64,000 nt of DNA from a virus. Within the stretch, counting starts at the first letter, position 1, and every line of letters begins with the position of its first letter. This document shows, piece after piece, positions 48,321 through 57,226 of this stretch. The stretch lies in the IMG/VR virus record IMGVR_UViG_3300027782_000035. One strand, written 5' to 3'. The position numbers and the translations under genes were made by a program. The notes under the pieces are model-generated. The model did not search any database. It was not told the origin of the DNA and saw nothing but the letters and a program-made list of their open reading frames with translations.

Positions 48321-48372
48321 TTTTTACTCCGAAAAGTAGATTATATCAAATTGACGATTTATTGTACACAGG

Positions 48373-48651
48373 CTACTCACGACTCCACACGGCGCCATCA
48401 TCAACAAATTGATTGGATGTAAGATGCGGTGCATTCATATCTGGTGGAGATACCGGAGCATCACGGTCCTCATCCCAATTCAAACTCCAAGCACGCTCTT
48501 GGCCTGCATCAGTGTACAGCATCTTATCACGCATCTTTTGCTTGTACTCGTCATCACGCCCCATGTTAGAACACGTCTTCGAACAGAATGTCCCCTTCTT
48601 TCGATGCGTTAGACTACACGTTGGACACACTTTCTCTCTATATTGGCCCAT
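48373..48651 (-). CDS. small Zn-binding protein
   Basis: MGQYREKVCPTC..FCSKTC; GGAGGG SD. Confidence 0.65.
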   Translation of the reverse strand: MGQYREKVCPTCSLTHRKKGTFCSKTCSNMGRDDEYKQKMRDKMLYTDAGQERAWSLNWDEDRDAPVSPPDMNAPHLTSNQFVDDGAVWSRE

Positions 48652-48664
48652 AAACCCTCCATAA

Positions 48665-48672
48665 TATAAATA
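48665..48672 (+). promoter_or_regulatory. late promoter TATAAATA driving the + strand auxiliary operon
   Basis: Exact motif at the strand switch. Confidence 0.75.
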
Positions 48673-48705
48673 TGTATAATCCCGACAATATAGAAAGTGT
48701 GTTAA

Positions 48706-48948
48706 ATGCACAAAAGAATCGCTACAGCGGTGCTTTTTGTCATGGTAATATTATGTCTAACTCAAGCAAGTTCATCTTCACCATTATATGGAGGTGATAA
48801 ACCTAATGTAGCAAAAGAAATTCCTTCTAGAGAGAAAGAAGTAAAACTCAATTACGGTGTTGCTGAATGTGTTAGAACTGCTTGGATTGGTGATATTAAT
48901 AGGACACTAATTTGTGTCGAGTACCGCTACAAAAAAGAAGTTAAGTAA
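48706..48948 (+). CDS. secreted hypothetical protein
   Basis: Signal peptide. Confidence 0.6.
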   Translation: MHKRIATAVLFVMVILCLTQASSSSPLYGGDKPNVAKEIPSREKEVKLNYGVAECVRTAWIGDINRTLICVEYRYKKEVK

Positions 48949-49718
48949 TGGATCCGCTAACGCTATTCGCTCTTGCTAATGGTGCAGTATCTGCGATCAA
49001 GGCCGGGTGCAAACTTTATAAAGACATCAAAGGTGCAGCTGGAGATATTAAGGATGTACTCAAAGATCTAGATGAGCAGTTTCATGGTGCATATGCAGCA
49101 AAGGGAAAGACACCTCCACCTGCTGCAGTCAAACAACTGAATGAAGAAAAAGCGAGAATAAAGGATTTAAATCAGAAAGATTCAGGTGACATTTATTTCG
49201 AACTTGGTCAACATCTTGGTGCTTTCTTTGACAATCAAGCAAAATGTATAGCAGTATTTGAAGCAGAAGAAAAAAGATCATATGATTTATACACTGGTGA
49301 TTCTTCTGTAGGTGCTCGTGCCCTACAAAGAGTACTGATGAAAAAGAAACTCGAACAAATGGAAGTAGAGTTACGTGAGGTAATGATATATCAAAGTCCA
49401 CCAGAACTTGGCGCTCTATGGACAGAAGTGTTACAGCAGTCTAAGATACTAAATGCAAGACAGGCAATTGCATTAAAGAAACAAATTGAAGCGCAACATA
49501 AACAAGATGTTGAACATGCTAAATTTATGAAAAAGGTGTATACAGTAACTTGGTGGGTATGTGGATTTATAGGAATATTATTACTAGCTTTTGCCATGAT
49601 GGTATTCGTTGCTCAAGATAGAATGCAAAAGTATCCTCAGTTGGGTTATGAGTTATTTCCAAAAACTGAGAAACAAAGAAGACAGGAAGCCATGCCTAAA
49701 GAATATATTGGAAGATAA
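48948..49718 (+). CDS. coiled-coil membrane protein
   Basis: MDPLTLFALA..; C-terminal TM helix. Confidence 0.7.
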   Translation: MDPLTLFALANGAVSAIKAGCKLYKDIKGAAGDIKDVLKDLDEQFHGAYAAKGKTPPPAAVKQLNEEKARIKDLNQKDSGDIYFELGQHLGAFFDNQAKCIAVFEAEEKRSYDLYTGDSSVGARALQRVLMKKKLEQMEVELREVMIYQSPPELGALWTEVLQQSKILNARQAIALKKQIEAQHKQDVEHAKFMKKVYTVTWWVCGFIGILLLAFAMMVFVAQDRMQKYPQLGYELFPKTEKQRRQEAMPKEYIGR

Positions 49719-49719
49719 T

Positions 49720-50001
49720 ATGAAAGCACTAGCATTATTAATACTTGGTTTTTCGCTATCCGTTCAGGCGCAAGTACAAACATTTACATACAACTATCAA
49801 GTGATTTGTGGTCCAACGATCCCAATAATAGAATTTCTTTCTAAAACACAAAAAGAAGAATTGACTTGGATAGGATCAGATATTTCAGATGGATCATCAT
49901 ATTCTTTATGGGAAGATAAAGACGGTAACTGGACACTACTAAAAAAAGGTAGAGAAATTGCTTGTATCATAGGTTCTGGTACAAAACCAAAGATTATATA
50001 A
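49720..50001 (+). CDS. secreted hypothetical protein
   Basis: MKALALLILGFSLSVQA signal peptide. Confidence 0.65.
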   Translation: MKALALLILGFSLSVQAQVQTFTYNYQVICGPTIPIIEFLSKTQKEELTWIGSDISDGSSYSLWEDKDGNWTLLKKGREIACIIGSGTKPKII

Positions 50002-50022
50002 CAATAAAAAAGGAAGACTAAA

Positions 50023-50374
50023 ATGGCAGAAGAAAACAAAAAAGAAGATCAAAAAGGTGCATTCATTGAGAAACTACTATTTGCGCTATTACCACTATTA
50101 ATCGGTAGCACTGGCTATCTAATTAGTGCATTGGGCGCAATTCAACATGATGTTACAATTCTAAATCAAAAAGTTAGTTTGGTTGTTACAACAGATAACA
50201 AGCAAGCAAGCAAGCAATAGTGGTGCTGAATTGGCACGTGAAAAACTACGTCAAGACTTGGAAAAAGAAATTCAAAAGAACCGTGATGCTATCATGGAGA
50301 ATCGTCAACACATTGCTATCCTTGAAGATAGACAGGGCATGACACAAAAGAAAATTCCTTCAATGAAGGAATAG
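50023..50374 (+). pseudogene. membrane/coiled-coil protein split by a frameshift at (CAAG)4
   Basis: Removing one CAAG unit at 50199-50214 fuses ORFs 50023-50220 and 50183-50374 (..TDNKQASNSGAELAREK..). Confidence 0.7.
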
Positions 50375-50378
50375 TAAC

Positions 50379-50765
50379 ATGGCCTACTCAGATAAAGTGT
50401 TAGATCACTATGAAAATCCACGCAACGTGGGTTCTCTAGACAAAGACGATCCAACAGTTGGCACTGGTATGGTTGGCGCACCAGCATGTGGTGATGTGAT
50501 GAAATTACAAATAAAGGTAGATGAAAATGGTATTATTAGAGACGCTCGTTTCAAGACATATGGCTGCGGTTCGGCCATCGCTAGTAGTTCGTTGGTTACA
50601 GAGCTTGTTCGTGGGATGCATATTGATGATGCTTCTAATATACGCAACAGCCAAATTGCCGAAGAACTAGCATTGCCTCCAGTTAAAATCCACTGCTCTA
50701 TACTTGCAGAAGATGCAATTAAAGCAGCTATCCACGACTATCAATTAAAGTGTGCATGCTCATGA
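50379..50765 (+). CDS. iscU: Fe-S cluster scaffold IscU
   Basis: MAYSDKVLDHYENPRNVG, APACGD, GCGSAIASSS, LPPVKIHC. Confidence 0.97.
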   Translation: MAYSDKVLDHYENPRNVGSLDKDDPTVGTGMVGAPACGDVMKLQIKVDENGIIRDARFKTYGCGSAIASSSLVTELVRGMHIDDASNIRNSQIAEELALPPVKIHCSILAEDAIKAAIHDYQLKCACS

Positions 50766-51073
50766 TTACCTTAACAGAATCCGCAAAAAAACAAATTGAT
50801 GAAATCCTAATGGACGATGCATCAATGAAATATGTAAGAGCATTTATTTCTGGTGGGGGATGCTCTGGTTTTAATTATGGATTTACTCTTGAAGAAGATA
50901 AAGAAGAAGATGATCTTATCATAGACAACCTTATAGTTGATGCTATGAGTATGCAATACTTTGATAATGCTACGATCGATTATACAAGCGACAAACTCAA
51001 AGGATCGCAGTTTGTTATATCAAACCCAAATGCAAAATCAACATGCGGTTGTGGAAGTTCGTTTAGTGTATGA
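50762..51073 (+). CDS. A-type Fe-S carrier IscA/ErpA (HesB family)
   Basis: GGGCSGFNY, NPNAKSTCGCGSSF. Confidence 0.95.
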   Translation: MITLTESAKKQIDEILMDDASMKYVRAFISGGGCSGFNYGFTLEEDKEEDDLIIDNLIVDAMSMQYFDNATIDYTSDKLKGSQFVISNPNAKSTCGCGSSFSV

Positions 51074-51924
51074 AATACCGCACGATATTCATAAGTGATG
51101 TTCACTTGGGTACGCGTGATTGTCAAGCAGCTAAGTTAAATAATTTCCTCAAACATAATACGTGTGATACTCTATATTTGGTTGGGGACATTATTGATGC
51201 TTGGAAAATTCAGCAGAACAAGTGGCGTTGGAAACAATCTCATACTAATGTAGTTCGTAGAATCCTTGGTCACGCTAAACGTGGCACAAGGGTTATATAC
51301 GTTGCAGGTAATCATGATGAATTCTTAAGACCGATGATCCCATACGGATTTTCTTTCGGTCTGATTGAAATTAAAAACCAAACAGAACATATCGGCGCAG
51401 ATGGTAAACATTATCTAATAACACATGGCGATCTATTTGATGGTATTACTCGCCTTGCACCATGGCTTGCGTTTCTTGGTGATAAACTCTATGACTTGGT
51501 TCTTGACTGGAACTCTCGTTTCAATTGGGTTCGTCATAAATTTGGATTTGGGTATTGGTCGCTGAGTAAATACTTGAAGCATAAAGTTAAGAAAGCGTCT
51601 GACTTTATGTTTCAGTTTGAACGTAATCTTGCTGGTTATTGTAAGAAGCGAGGATACGATGGAGTCATCTGTGGTCATATACATCATGCTGAAATCAAAG
51701 AGATCGATGGCGTTATATATATGAATGATGGTGACTGGGTTGAGTCATGCACTGCTCTTGTTGAGCATCATGACGGTAAATGGGAAATTATAACTTGGAC
51801 CAAGGAGAACGACCATGAAAGTTCGCAAGATAGTAAAGAAGATGTATCAAGCGTGCATGAGCCACAACAAAATCAAAGAAAAGAAGATGTGGTTGAAAGC
51901 GTTGAAGAAATCACTAAAGCATAA
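51070..51924 (+). CDS. LpxH/PlcP-like metallophosphoesterase (putative phospholipase C)
   Basis: FISDVHLG, LVGDIID.W, GNHDE, HGD.FD, CGHIHH, NDGDWVESCTALVE; paired with a GT4. Confidence 0.85.
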   Translation: MKYRTIFISDVHLGTRDCQAAKLNNFLKHNTCDTLYLVGDIIDAWKIQQNKWRWKQSHTNVVRRILGHAKRGTRVIYVAGNHDEFLRPMIPYGFSFGLIEIKNQTEHIGADGKHYLITHGDLFDGITRLAPWLAFLGDKLYDLVLDWNSRFNWVRHKFGFGYWSLSKYLKHKVKKASDFMFQFERNLAGYCKKRGYDGVICGHIHHAEIKEIDGVIYMNDGDWVESCTALVEHHDGKWEIITWTKENDHESSQDSKEDVSSVHEPQQNQRKEDVVESVEEITKA

Positions 51925-51942
51925 ACATACTCAAGCAGTTCA

Positions 51943-52944
51943 ATGACCAAAAAGATTTTAATTATAACTGATAACTTACCTGATCAAATCAATGGTGTTG
52001 TTACGACCTACAAGAATATTGAAGCATGTGCGATTCGCGATGGCTATACTGTGGATTATGTTGATCCCAGGTGCTTCCGCTATGTTGATTGTCCTGGCTA
52101 CAACGAAGTCAAGATTACCTTTCCATGGAAGATATGGAAGAAGATTGAGGAGATTAATCCAGATCATATCCACATCGCCACAGAAGGTACTGTGGGTTTG
52201 TGGGCTAGAGCATATCTTTCAAAACATAATATTAGGCACAATACTGCTTACCATACTAAGTTTCCTGAAGGTTTAAAAAAGCTGTTTGGCATACCAGAAT
52301 TTGTAACATGGCGATTTGTTCGTTGGTTTCATAAACACAGTGGTAAAGTGTTAACTACTACTGAGACAATGGTTAAAGATTTAAAGGCGCATGGTTTTGA
52401 TGGTGAGGTGATTTCTTGGACTCGTGGTGTTGATAGAGAAATCTTTAATCCATCTTACAGGCATGACAATATTACGGGAAAATATCTACTCTGTGTATCT
52501 CGTGTGAGTAAAGAAAAGAATCTAGAAAAGTTCTTTGAGTTGGATTATCCTGGATACTACAAGATTATGGTTGGGGATGGACCAATGCTTGAAACATACA
52601 AGAAGCAATATCCTGATGTAATCTTTACTGGATTCAAGACTGGCGTAGATCTGGCAAGATACTACGCAAATGCTGAAGTGTTTGTATTTCCCAGTCAATG
52701 GGAAACCTTTGGCATTGTTATGATTGAAGCAATGGCATGTGGCACTCCAGTTGCTGCATATCCATGTGATGGTCCACTTGATGTTATTGATGACAGCATA
52801 ACTGGATACATGGATGAAAATTTAGCAGACGCAGTTTTTATGTGTATGAAATTAGATAGAGAGAAAGTGTTAGAAGGTAGTCAGCGTTGGACATGGGACA
52901 ATGCTTGGAAAATCTTTAAAGAAAATCTAGTAGACAAAACATGA
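51943..52944 (+). CDS. GT4 glycosyltransferase (Agt-like diacylglycerol glycosyltransferase)
   Basis: TD..QINGVV.T, HIATEG..G, AYHTKFPE, W.RGVD, RVSKEKN, FPSQWETFG.V..EAMACG. Confidence 0.9.
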   Translation: MTKKILIITDNLPDQINGVVTTYKNIEACAIRDGYTVDYVDPRCFRYVDCPGYNEVKITFPWKIWKKIEEINPDHIHIATEGTVGLWARAYLSKHNIRHNTAYHTKFPEGLKKLFGIPEFVTWRFVRWFHKHSGKVLTTTETMVKDLKAHGFDGEVISWTRGVDREIFNPSYRHDNITGKYLLCVSRVSKEKNLEKFFELDYPGYYKIMVGDGPMLETYKKQYPDVIFTGFKTGVDLARYYANAEVFVFPSQWETFGIVMIEAMACGTPVAAYPCDGPLDVIDDSITGYMDENLADAVFMCMKLDREKVLEGSQRWTWDNAWKIFKENLVDKT

Positions 52945-53588
52945 AAACTCTTGCATTGTTTATGCGTCATCCAGAATGTTCTACGGATTGCGCTTATGCA
53001 ATGGTACATGCGTTATCCTCTGAGTACCAGATAAGAATATTCGAAGAGAAGGAGTTGGATGATGATAATTTCTTTGAGCATCTTGATGTTATTGCTTTTC
53101 CTGGTGGCATTGGTGATAGCGACACTTATCCTAATTTCTTCACTCGAACAAGAGCGAATCGAATCGCCGAGTTCATATCAGGTGGTGGTTGCTATCTTGG
53201 TATCTGCATGGGTGCTTATTGGGCTGGAAGCAGGTACTTCGATATACTTGATGATGTCAATCCCATTCAATATATAAAGCAACCAAACGCAGAAGTTAAA
53301 AGAAGCTACTCAACAGTAGCTTCTGTGACATGGGCAGGTCAACAAGAGAAAATGTTTTTCTATGATGGCTGCACTTTCGAATGTGATGAAACAAAGTTTA
53401 AAACAATTGCAACATATTCAAATGGTGATCCTATGGCTATCATACAAAATAGGATAGGTTTGATAGGATGTCATCCTGAAAGTGAAGAGTATTGGTACAA
53501 AGATCACGTATACATAGATAAACACTGGCACCGTGGAACACATCATCAATTGCTATTGAATTTTGTCAATACTTTGGTGCAACAATGA
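52941..53588 (+). CDS. class I glutamine amidotransferase-like (BPL_N) protein
   Basis: FPGG, YLGICMGAY, GCHPE. Confidence 0.8.
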   Translation: MKTLALFMRHPECSTDCAYAMVHALSSEYQIRIFEEKELDDDNFFEHLDVIAFPGGIGDSDTYPNFFTRTRANRIAEFISGGGCYLGICMGAYWAGSRYFDILDDVNPIQYIKQPNAEVKRSYSTVASVTWAGQQEKMFFYDGCTFECDETKFKTIATYSNGDPMAIIQNRIGLIGCHPESEEYWYKDHVYIDKHWHRGTHHQLLLNFVNTLVQQ

Positions 53589-53606
53589 AAGAAAACAAGG
53601 ATTAAT

Positions 53607-54029
53607 ATGTATCAATATAAAGCAAAAATATTAAAAGTACTAGATGGCGACACCGTTGAAATTGATTTAGATCTTGGCTTTAACATCGTTCTTGCAAATC
53701 AGAAAGTTCGTTTAGCAGGAATCGATACACCTGAATCACGCACAACAAATCTAGAAGAAAAACCAAGAGGTCTCCTATCAAAGAAAAAGCTTCAGGAAAA
53801 ATTGCCAGTAGGAACATGGGCTATTATCGAAACGCTTAAGTCTGATAATAACGACGATAAGTTCGGGCGTATCTTAGGAGTGTTCATTGCCGCTGATGGA
53901 ACTCGCGTCAATCAATGGCTGATTGATAACAACTACGCAGTAGGGTACTTGGGCGAGAACAAAGAGCTTGTTCAAGAAGCTCATCAGAAGAACAAACAGA
54001 TACTCATACAGCGCGGTGAGTTGAAATAA
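53607..54029 (+). CDS. SNase-like thermonuclease
   Basis: VLDGDT..VRLAGIDTPE..DKFGRILG. Confidence 0.9.
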   Translation: MYQYKAKILKVLDGDTVEIDLDLGFNIVLANQKVRLAGIDTPESRTTNLEEKPRGLLSKKKLQEKLPVGTWAIIETLKSDNNDDKFGRILGVFIAADGTRVNQWLIDNNYAVGYLGENKELVQEAHQKNKQILIQRGELK

Positions 54030-54038
54030 AAAGGAATT

Positions 54039-54740
54039 ATGATAGAATTACTATACACCCTGATTGTAACTCACATCACTATCATATGTGTAACAGTGTA
54101 TCTACATCGTGGTCAAGCTCACCGCGCTTTGGAGTTTCATCCAATATTAGAACACTTCATGCGCGGTTGGCTTTGGTTAACAACTGGAATGGTAACTAAA
54201 CAATGGGTTGCCATACATCGTAAACATCATCGTTATAGCGATATCGAAAACGATCCTCATAGTCCTCATGTCTTTGGAATATATAATGTATTGTTTAAAG
54301 GTGCTTATCTCTATCATGAAGCATCAAAGGACAAAGATATGGTTAACACATACGGCGTTGGTACTCCTACTGATTGGATGGAGCACAACGTATACAGCGC
54401 TCACTCTCGACTTGGCATTGGCGTTCTCCTTCTGCTCAATACGTTAGTGTTCGGATGGTGGGGAATTCTTATATGGGCAGTTCAAATGATATGGATTCCA
54501 TTCTGGGCAGCTGGCGTGATTAATGGAGTAGGGCATTGGATAGGGTATAGAAATGGACATACGAAAGATCATAGTCGCAACATTAGTCCTTGGGGTATTG
54601 TTATTGGTGGCGAGGAGTTGCATAACAACCACCACATGGACCCAGCGAGTGCCAAGCTCAGTGAAAATTGGTGGGAGTTTGATGTAGGTTGGATGTGGAT
54701 TAAGATATTCGAATCACTACGATTAGTGAAGGTGAAATAA
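54039..54740 (+). CDS. desA: acyl-CoA/acyl-lipid delta-9 fatty-acid desaturase
   Basis: His boxes HRGQAH, HRKHH, GEELHNNHH; DPHSP. Confidence 0.92.
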   Translation: MIELLYTLIVTHITIICVTVYLHRGQAHRALEFHPILEHFMRGWLWLTTGMVTKQWVAIHRKHHRYSDIENDPHSPHVFGIYNVLFKGAYLYHEASKDKDMVNTYGVGTPTDWMEHNVYSAHSRLGIGVLLLLNTLVFGWWGILIWAVQMIWIPFWAAGVINGVGHWIGYRNGHTKDHSRNISPWGIVIGGEELHNNHHMDPASAKLSENWWEFDVGWMWIKIFESLRLVKVK

Positions 54741-54763
54741 AAAAGGACCCGTGAGGGTCCTTT
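54741..54763. terminator. bidirectional terminator
   Basis: aaaaggaccc-gtga-gggtccttt between convergent genes. Confidence 0.8.
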
Positions 54764-54783
54764 GTGATATCTGGGTCTGTGCG

Positions 54784-56211
54784 TTAGATATCGTAACGTT
54801 CTACCATCAATGCTTTTAACATGATAGCTTCTGGAGTAAACTCTTCAGTGTTACCCGAAAGTACTGCATTCAAGATTGAAGGTGAGAATCCAGAAATTAG
54901 TGCAGTTCCACTCTTATCGAATTTTACTGGCACATTGCCTTTTGCGTTCAAGTTCCAGAATACAACCTTTGGAAGGTCGTACCCTGCTGCTTGGTACTTA
55001 TGTTCAATCATCTGCATTGCAGAGTGATCAAATTTAGCACAAGCATCGAACTGCATGTCGGACATAATCAGAAGCATCTCTGGCATTTCTTCTTGAGGAA
55101 CGCCACCTTTAACTGCAGTGCTAAGGATTTTATCGAAAGCTTTATGCAAGTTGGTATTCATTGCCCAGTCAGACTTAATCATTTGTTGAGCCTTCTGAAC
55201 TACGTTACCCTTTAGGTTCAATAGTTGTGGATTGGCCGAGAATGTCAAGAACGTATCCTTGAACACACCTTTGTTCTTGTCGGCAACATACAATCCCAAA
55301 GAGACTGCAACGTCTAAACAGGAAATAGCTGAACCAGAACCAAAGCCACCAACTGGACATGTCATAGATCCAGACACATCAACTAATGCAAGAATGTTTG
55401 CATCCCCAACATAGTTAGGTAGTGCTTCCCATTGCTTAACGACTACGTCTAGTTCATCCTTGGTGAATGAAACAGAACTAAAGCGATTGGTTACACCTTT
55501 CAATACGTCGTATGGATACACGGCACCGGCATTAACCTTAACTGTTGGATCAGTTCCCTTCACCAAAGCTTTTACGTATTCGCCATACTTTGGAGTGTTA
55601 CGTCCAAAAGCTTTCTTATAACGAGCATGAGCTACTGAAGGTACGTGTGAGAAGTTAATGTCATCCCATTCTTTAGCGCACATCTGAGATTCCACAACCT
55701 TAGTCAATTCAACCAAGGACTTACGATAGAACTTTGGAGACATACCAAAGAATGTGCGGATCTCTGCTGCTAGAGGTCCTTGACGAGGAGTCCACTTAGC
55801 GGCCAAACCATTACGTTGGCGCAGTGCTTCGCCCAACATAGTAAAAGCTTGGGCTTTCAATTCTTTGTTTTTAAAGACAAAGATATCGTCCCAACGTCCT
55901 AGTTCTGGAACCTTTGGTAGCAGCTTAGCTGCAAGGTCAGGACGATGAGTGTCAAGGTAACCTAGAATGTCGCGGAAGATCTTACGTTCTCCAGCTCCTC
56001 CGCGCACATCACGAACCCATTGAGTGATACGCAACGCTATATCTTCATTCTCAACAAGAGCTGCGACGAATTCTTTCGTCACATCTTTACCCCGTGATGC
56101 TCCTATTCCAAAGAATAGGTCTACACACTTATTAGCTGTAGACTTACGAGCTTTCATACCATTTTCAGTACGAGCTTCTTGATTCTTAACTGCTTCTACG
56201 AATGTTGACAT
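54784..56211 (-). CDS. TROVE/DUF2828 vWA-domain protein (Ro60-related)
   Basis: TENG, RDVRGGAGER, GRWDD, AAKW.PR, MIDAS DVSGSM, SDMQFD, VFWNL, SGFS. Confidence 0.85.
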   Translation of the reverse strand: MSTFVEAVKNQEARTENGMKARKSTANKCVDLFFGIGASRGKDVTKEFVAALVENEDIALRITQWVRDVRGGAGERKIFRDILGYLDTHRPDLAAKLLPKVPELGRWDDIFVFKNKELKAQAFTMLGEALRQRNGLAAKWTPRQGPLAAEIRTFFGMSPKFYRKSLVELTKVVESQMCAKEWDDINFSHVPSVAHARYKKAFGRNTPKYGEYVKALVKGTDPTVKVNAGAVYPYDVLKGVTNRFSSVSFTKDELDVVVKQWEALPNYVGDANILALVDVSGSMTCPVGGFGSGSAISCLDVAVSLGLYVADKNKGVFKDTFLTFSANPQLLNLKGNVVQKAQQMIKSDWAMNTNLHKAFDKILSTAVKGGVPQEEMPEMLLIMSDMQFDACAKFDHSAMQMIEHKYQAAGYDLPKVVFWNLNAKGNVPVKFDKSGTALISGFSPSILNAVLSGNTEEFTPEAIMLKALMVERYDI

Positions 56212-56231
56212 AATGAACTCCTTTTCAAATC

Positions 56232-56289
56232 AACAGGTTGCTTATTTTTCAATTAAAAGTTGAATTTTTTAATTTGCTGGACGCAACCT
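56232..56289 (-). ncRNA. candidate CAGCA-motif RNA 1
   Basis: Terminal stem AGGTTGC/GCAACCT, GTCCAGCAA, internal TTCAA-CTTTTAA-TTGAA hairpin, 3' GTT. Confidence 0.55.
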
Positions 56290-56295
56290 AAAATA

Positions 56296-56433
56296 AACAG
56301 AATAGTTTTCTACTTTTTAATTTTCTAGTATCGAAACTAGCCGGAAAGAACTCGAAACTTACCGGAGATTACCGAAGCAATCAACCTAAGGATGCGCTTG
56401 GAAGCGCAAGTTTTAAATTGCTGAACCTATTCT
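56296..56433 (-). ncRNA. candidate CAGCA-motif RNA 2
   Basis: Stem AGAATAG/CTATTCT, GTTCAGCAA, four internal hairpins, 3' GTT. Confidence 0.55.
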
Positions 56434-56439
56434 AAATTT

Positions 56440-56655
56440 AACGGGATGATCGGGTTAGTCGTATATGGTTCTTAAACCTCGGTGCTCCTTGCGGTAAACC
56501 CCACCGTAATCAGATAGACTACTATCATATTTCTGTCTTTCCAGTGTCAAGTTTAGTTCAGGTTTATTCCCTAGTCGCGTAATTACACATTACTGTGGTC
56601 CTCCTGTAGCGACACTTCTAGTACTTTATAGTTTTTGAAGTGCTGTAATCATCCC
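56440..56655 (-). ncRNA. candidate CAGCA-motif RNA 3
   Basis: Stem GGGATGAT/ATCATCCC, TACAGCAC, 3' GTT. Confidence 0.5.
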
Positions 56656-56665
56656 AAGTTTTTTT

Positions 56666-56694
56666 ATTATATATCACTCACGATTATTTGTAAA
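56666..56694 (-). promoter_or_regulatory. early promoter for the RNA 3-2-1/TROVE unit
   Basis: TTTACA-N17-TATAAT. Confidence 0.75.
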
Positions 56695-56713
56695 TCAAAT
56701 GAGTCTATATTTC

Positions 56714-56788
56714 TGGTACCTTGTGACGGTTTCGAACCGCCGACATCCCACTTGTAAGGAGGGCGCTCTACCACTGAGCTAACAAGGC
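56714..56788 (-). tRNA. tRNA-Val(TAC)
   Basis: Cloverleaf, CT-TAC-AA, CCA. Confidence 0.9.
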
Positions 56789-56795
56789 ATAATCT

Positions 56796-56871
56796 TGGGC
56801 AGACGTTACGGACTTGAACCGTTCCTACGAGTTTCACAGACTCGTGTGCTAACCACTACACTAAACGCTGC
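56796..56871 (-). tRNA. tRNA-His(GTG), irregular acceptor stem
   Basis: CT-GTG-AA, G-1:C73, bulged acceptor. Confidence 0.8.
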
Positions 56872-56876
56872 ATATA

Positions 56877-57004
56877 CCATATAGAAACACACTGTGGTGC
56901 TTGAATCCGTGATAGCCCCTCTCTTCCTGGCCGGTCCTTGCACTGTCTAGAATTGGCAAGTATTTCGGTGTTCCAGTGTAGCTACTCAATGTGTTTTTAT
57001 ATGG
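56877..57004 (-). ncRNA. tRNA-appended long-stem element A
   Basis: CCATATAAAAACACATTG...CAGTGTGTTTCTATATGG. Confidence 0.55.
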
Positions 57005-57076
57005 TAGAGGTACAGGGAATCGAACCCTGATTAATAGGTTAAAAGCCTACTACTTTAGCCGTTAAGTTATACCTCC
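57002..57076 (-). tRNA. tRNA-Lys(TTT)
   Basis: CT-TTT-AA, CCA. Confidence 0.9.
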
Positions 57077-57226
57077 ATTGGTATTTGTTTTTGTGCTTTA
57101 CGTAATGCCTTATTAGACTTACGATGAACACCTGCTTTACGGAAAAGTGCAAGTCGAACGAAGCAGTTACGTTCGCGCACGATTGTCTTTCGTTTACTCA
57201 TCTTCATTCTCCTTGTTAATAATTAG

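Noticed and set aside
44569-48368. Repeats with unique intervening DNA resembling a CRISPR array
   Set aside because: Spacers are whole ORFs of 300-900 bp or more, the repeats are promoters, and there are no cas genes
56877-57004. tRNA-associated theta (HDV-like) ribozymes after tRNAs
   Set aside because: CCA is encoded, the elements are long terminal stems, and no HDV nested double pseudoknot was discernible by eye
57066-57206. Small basic ORF MSKRKTIVRERNCFVRLALFRKAGVHRK.. as an ArfA-like rescue factor
   Set aside because: Lacks the KGKGSY motif and runs into tRNA-Lys; it may be a real small gene but the function is unsupported
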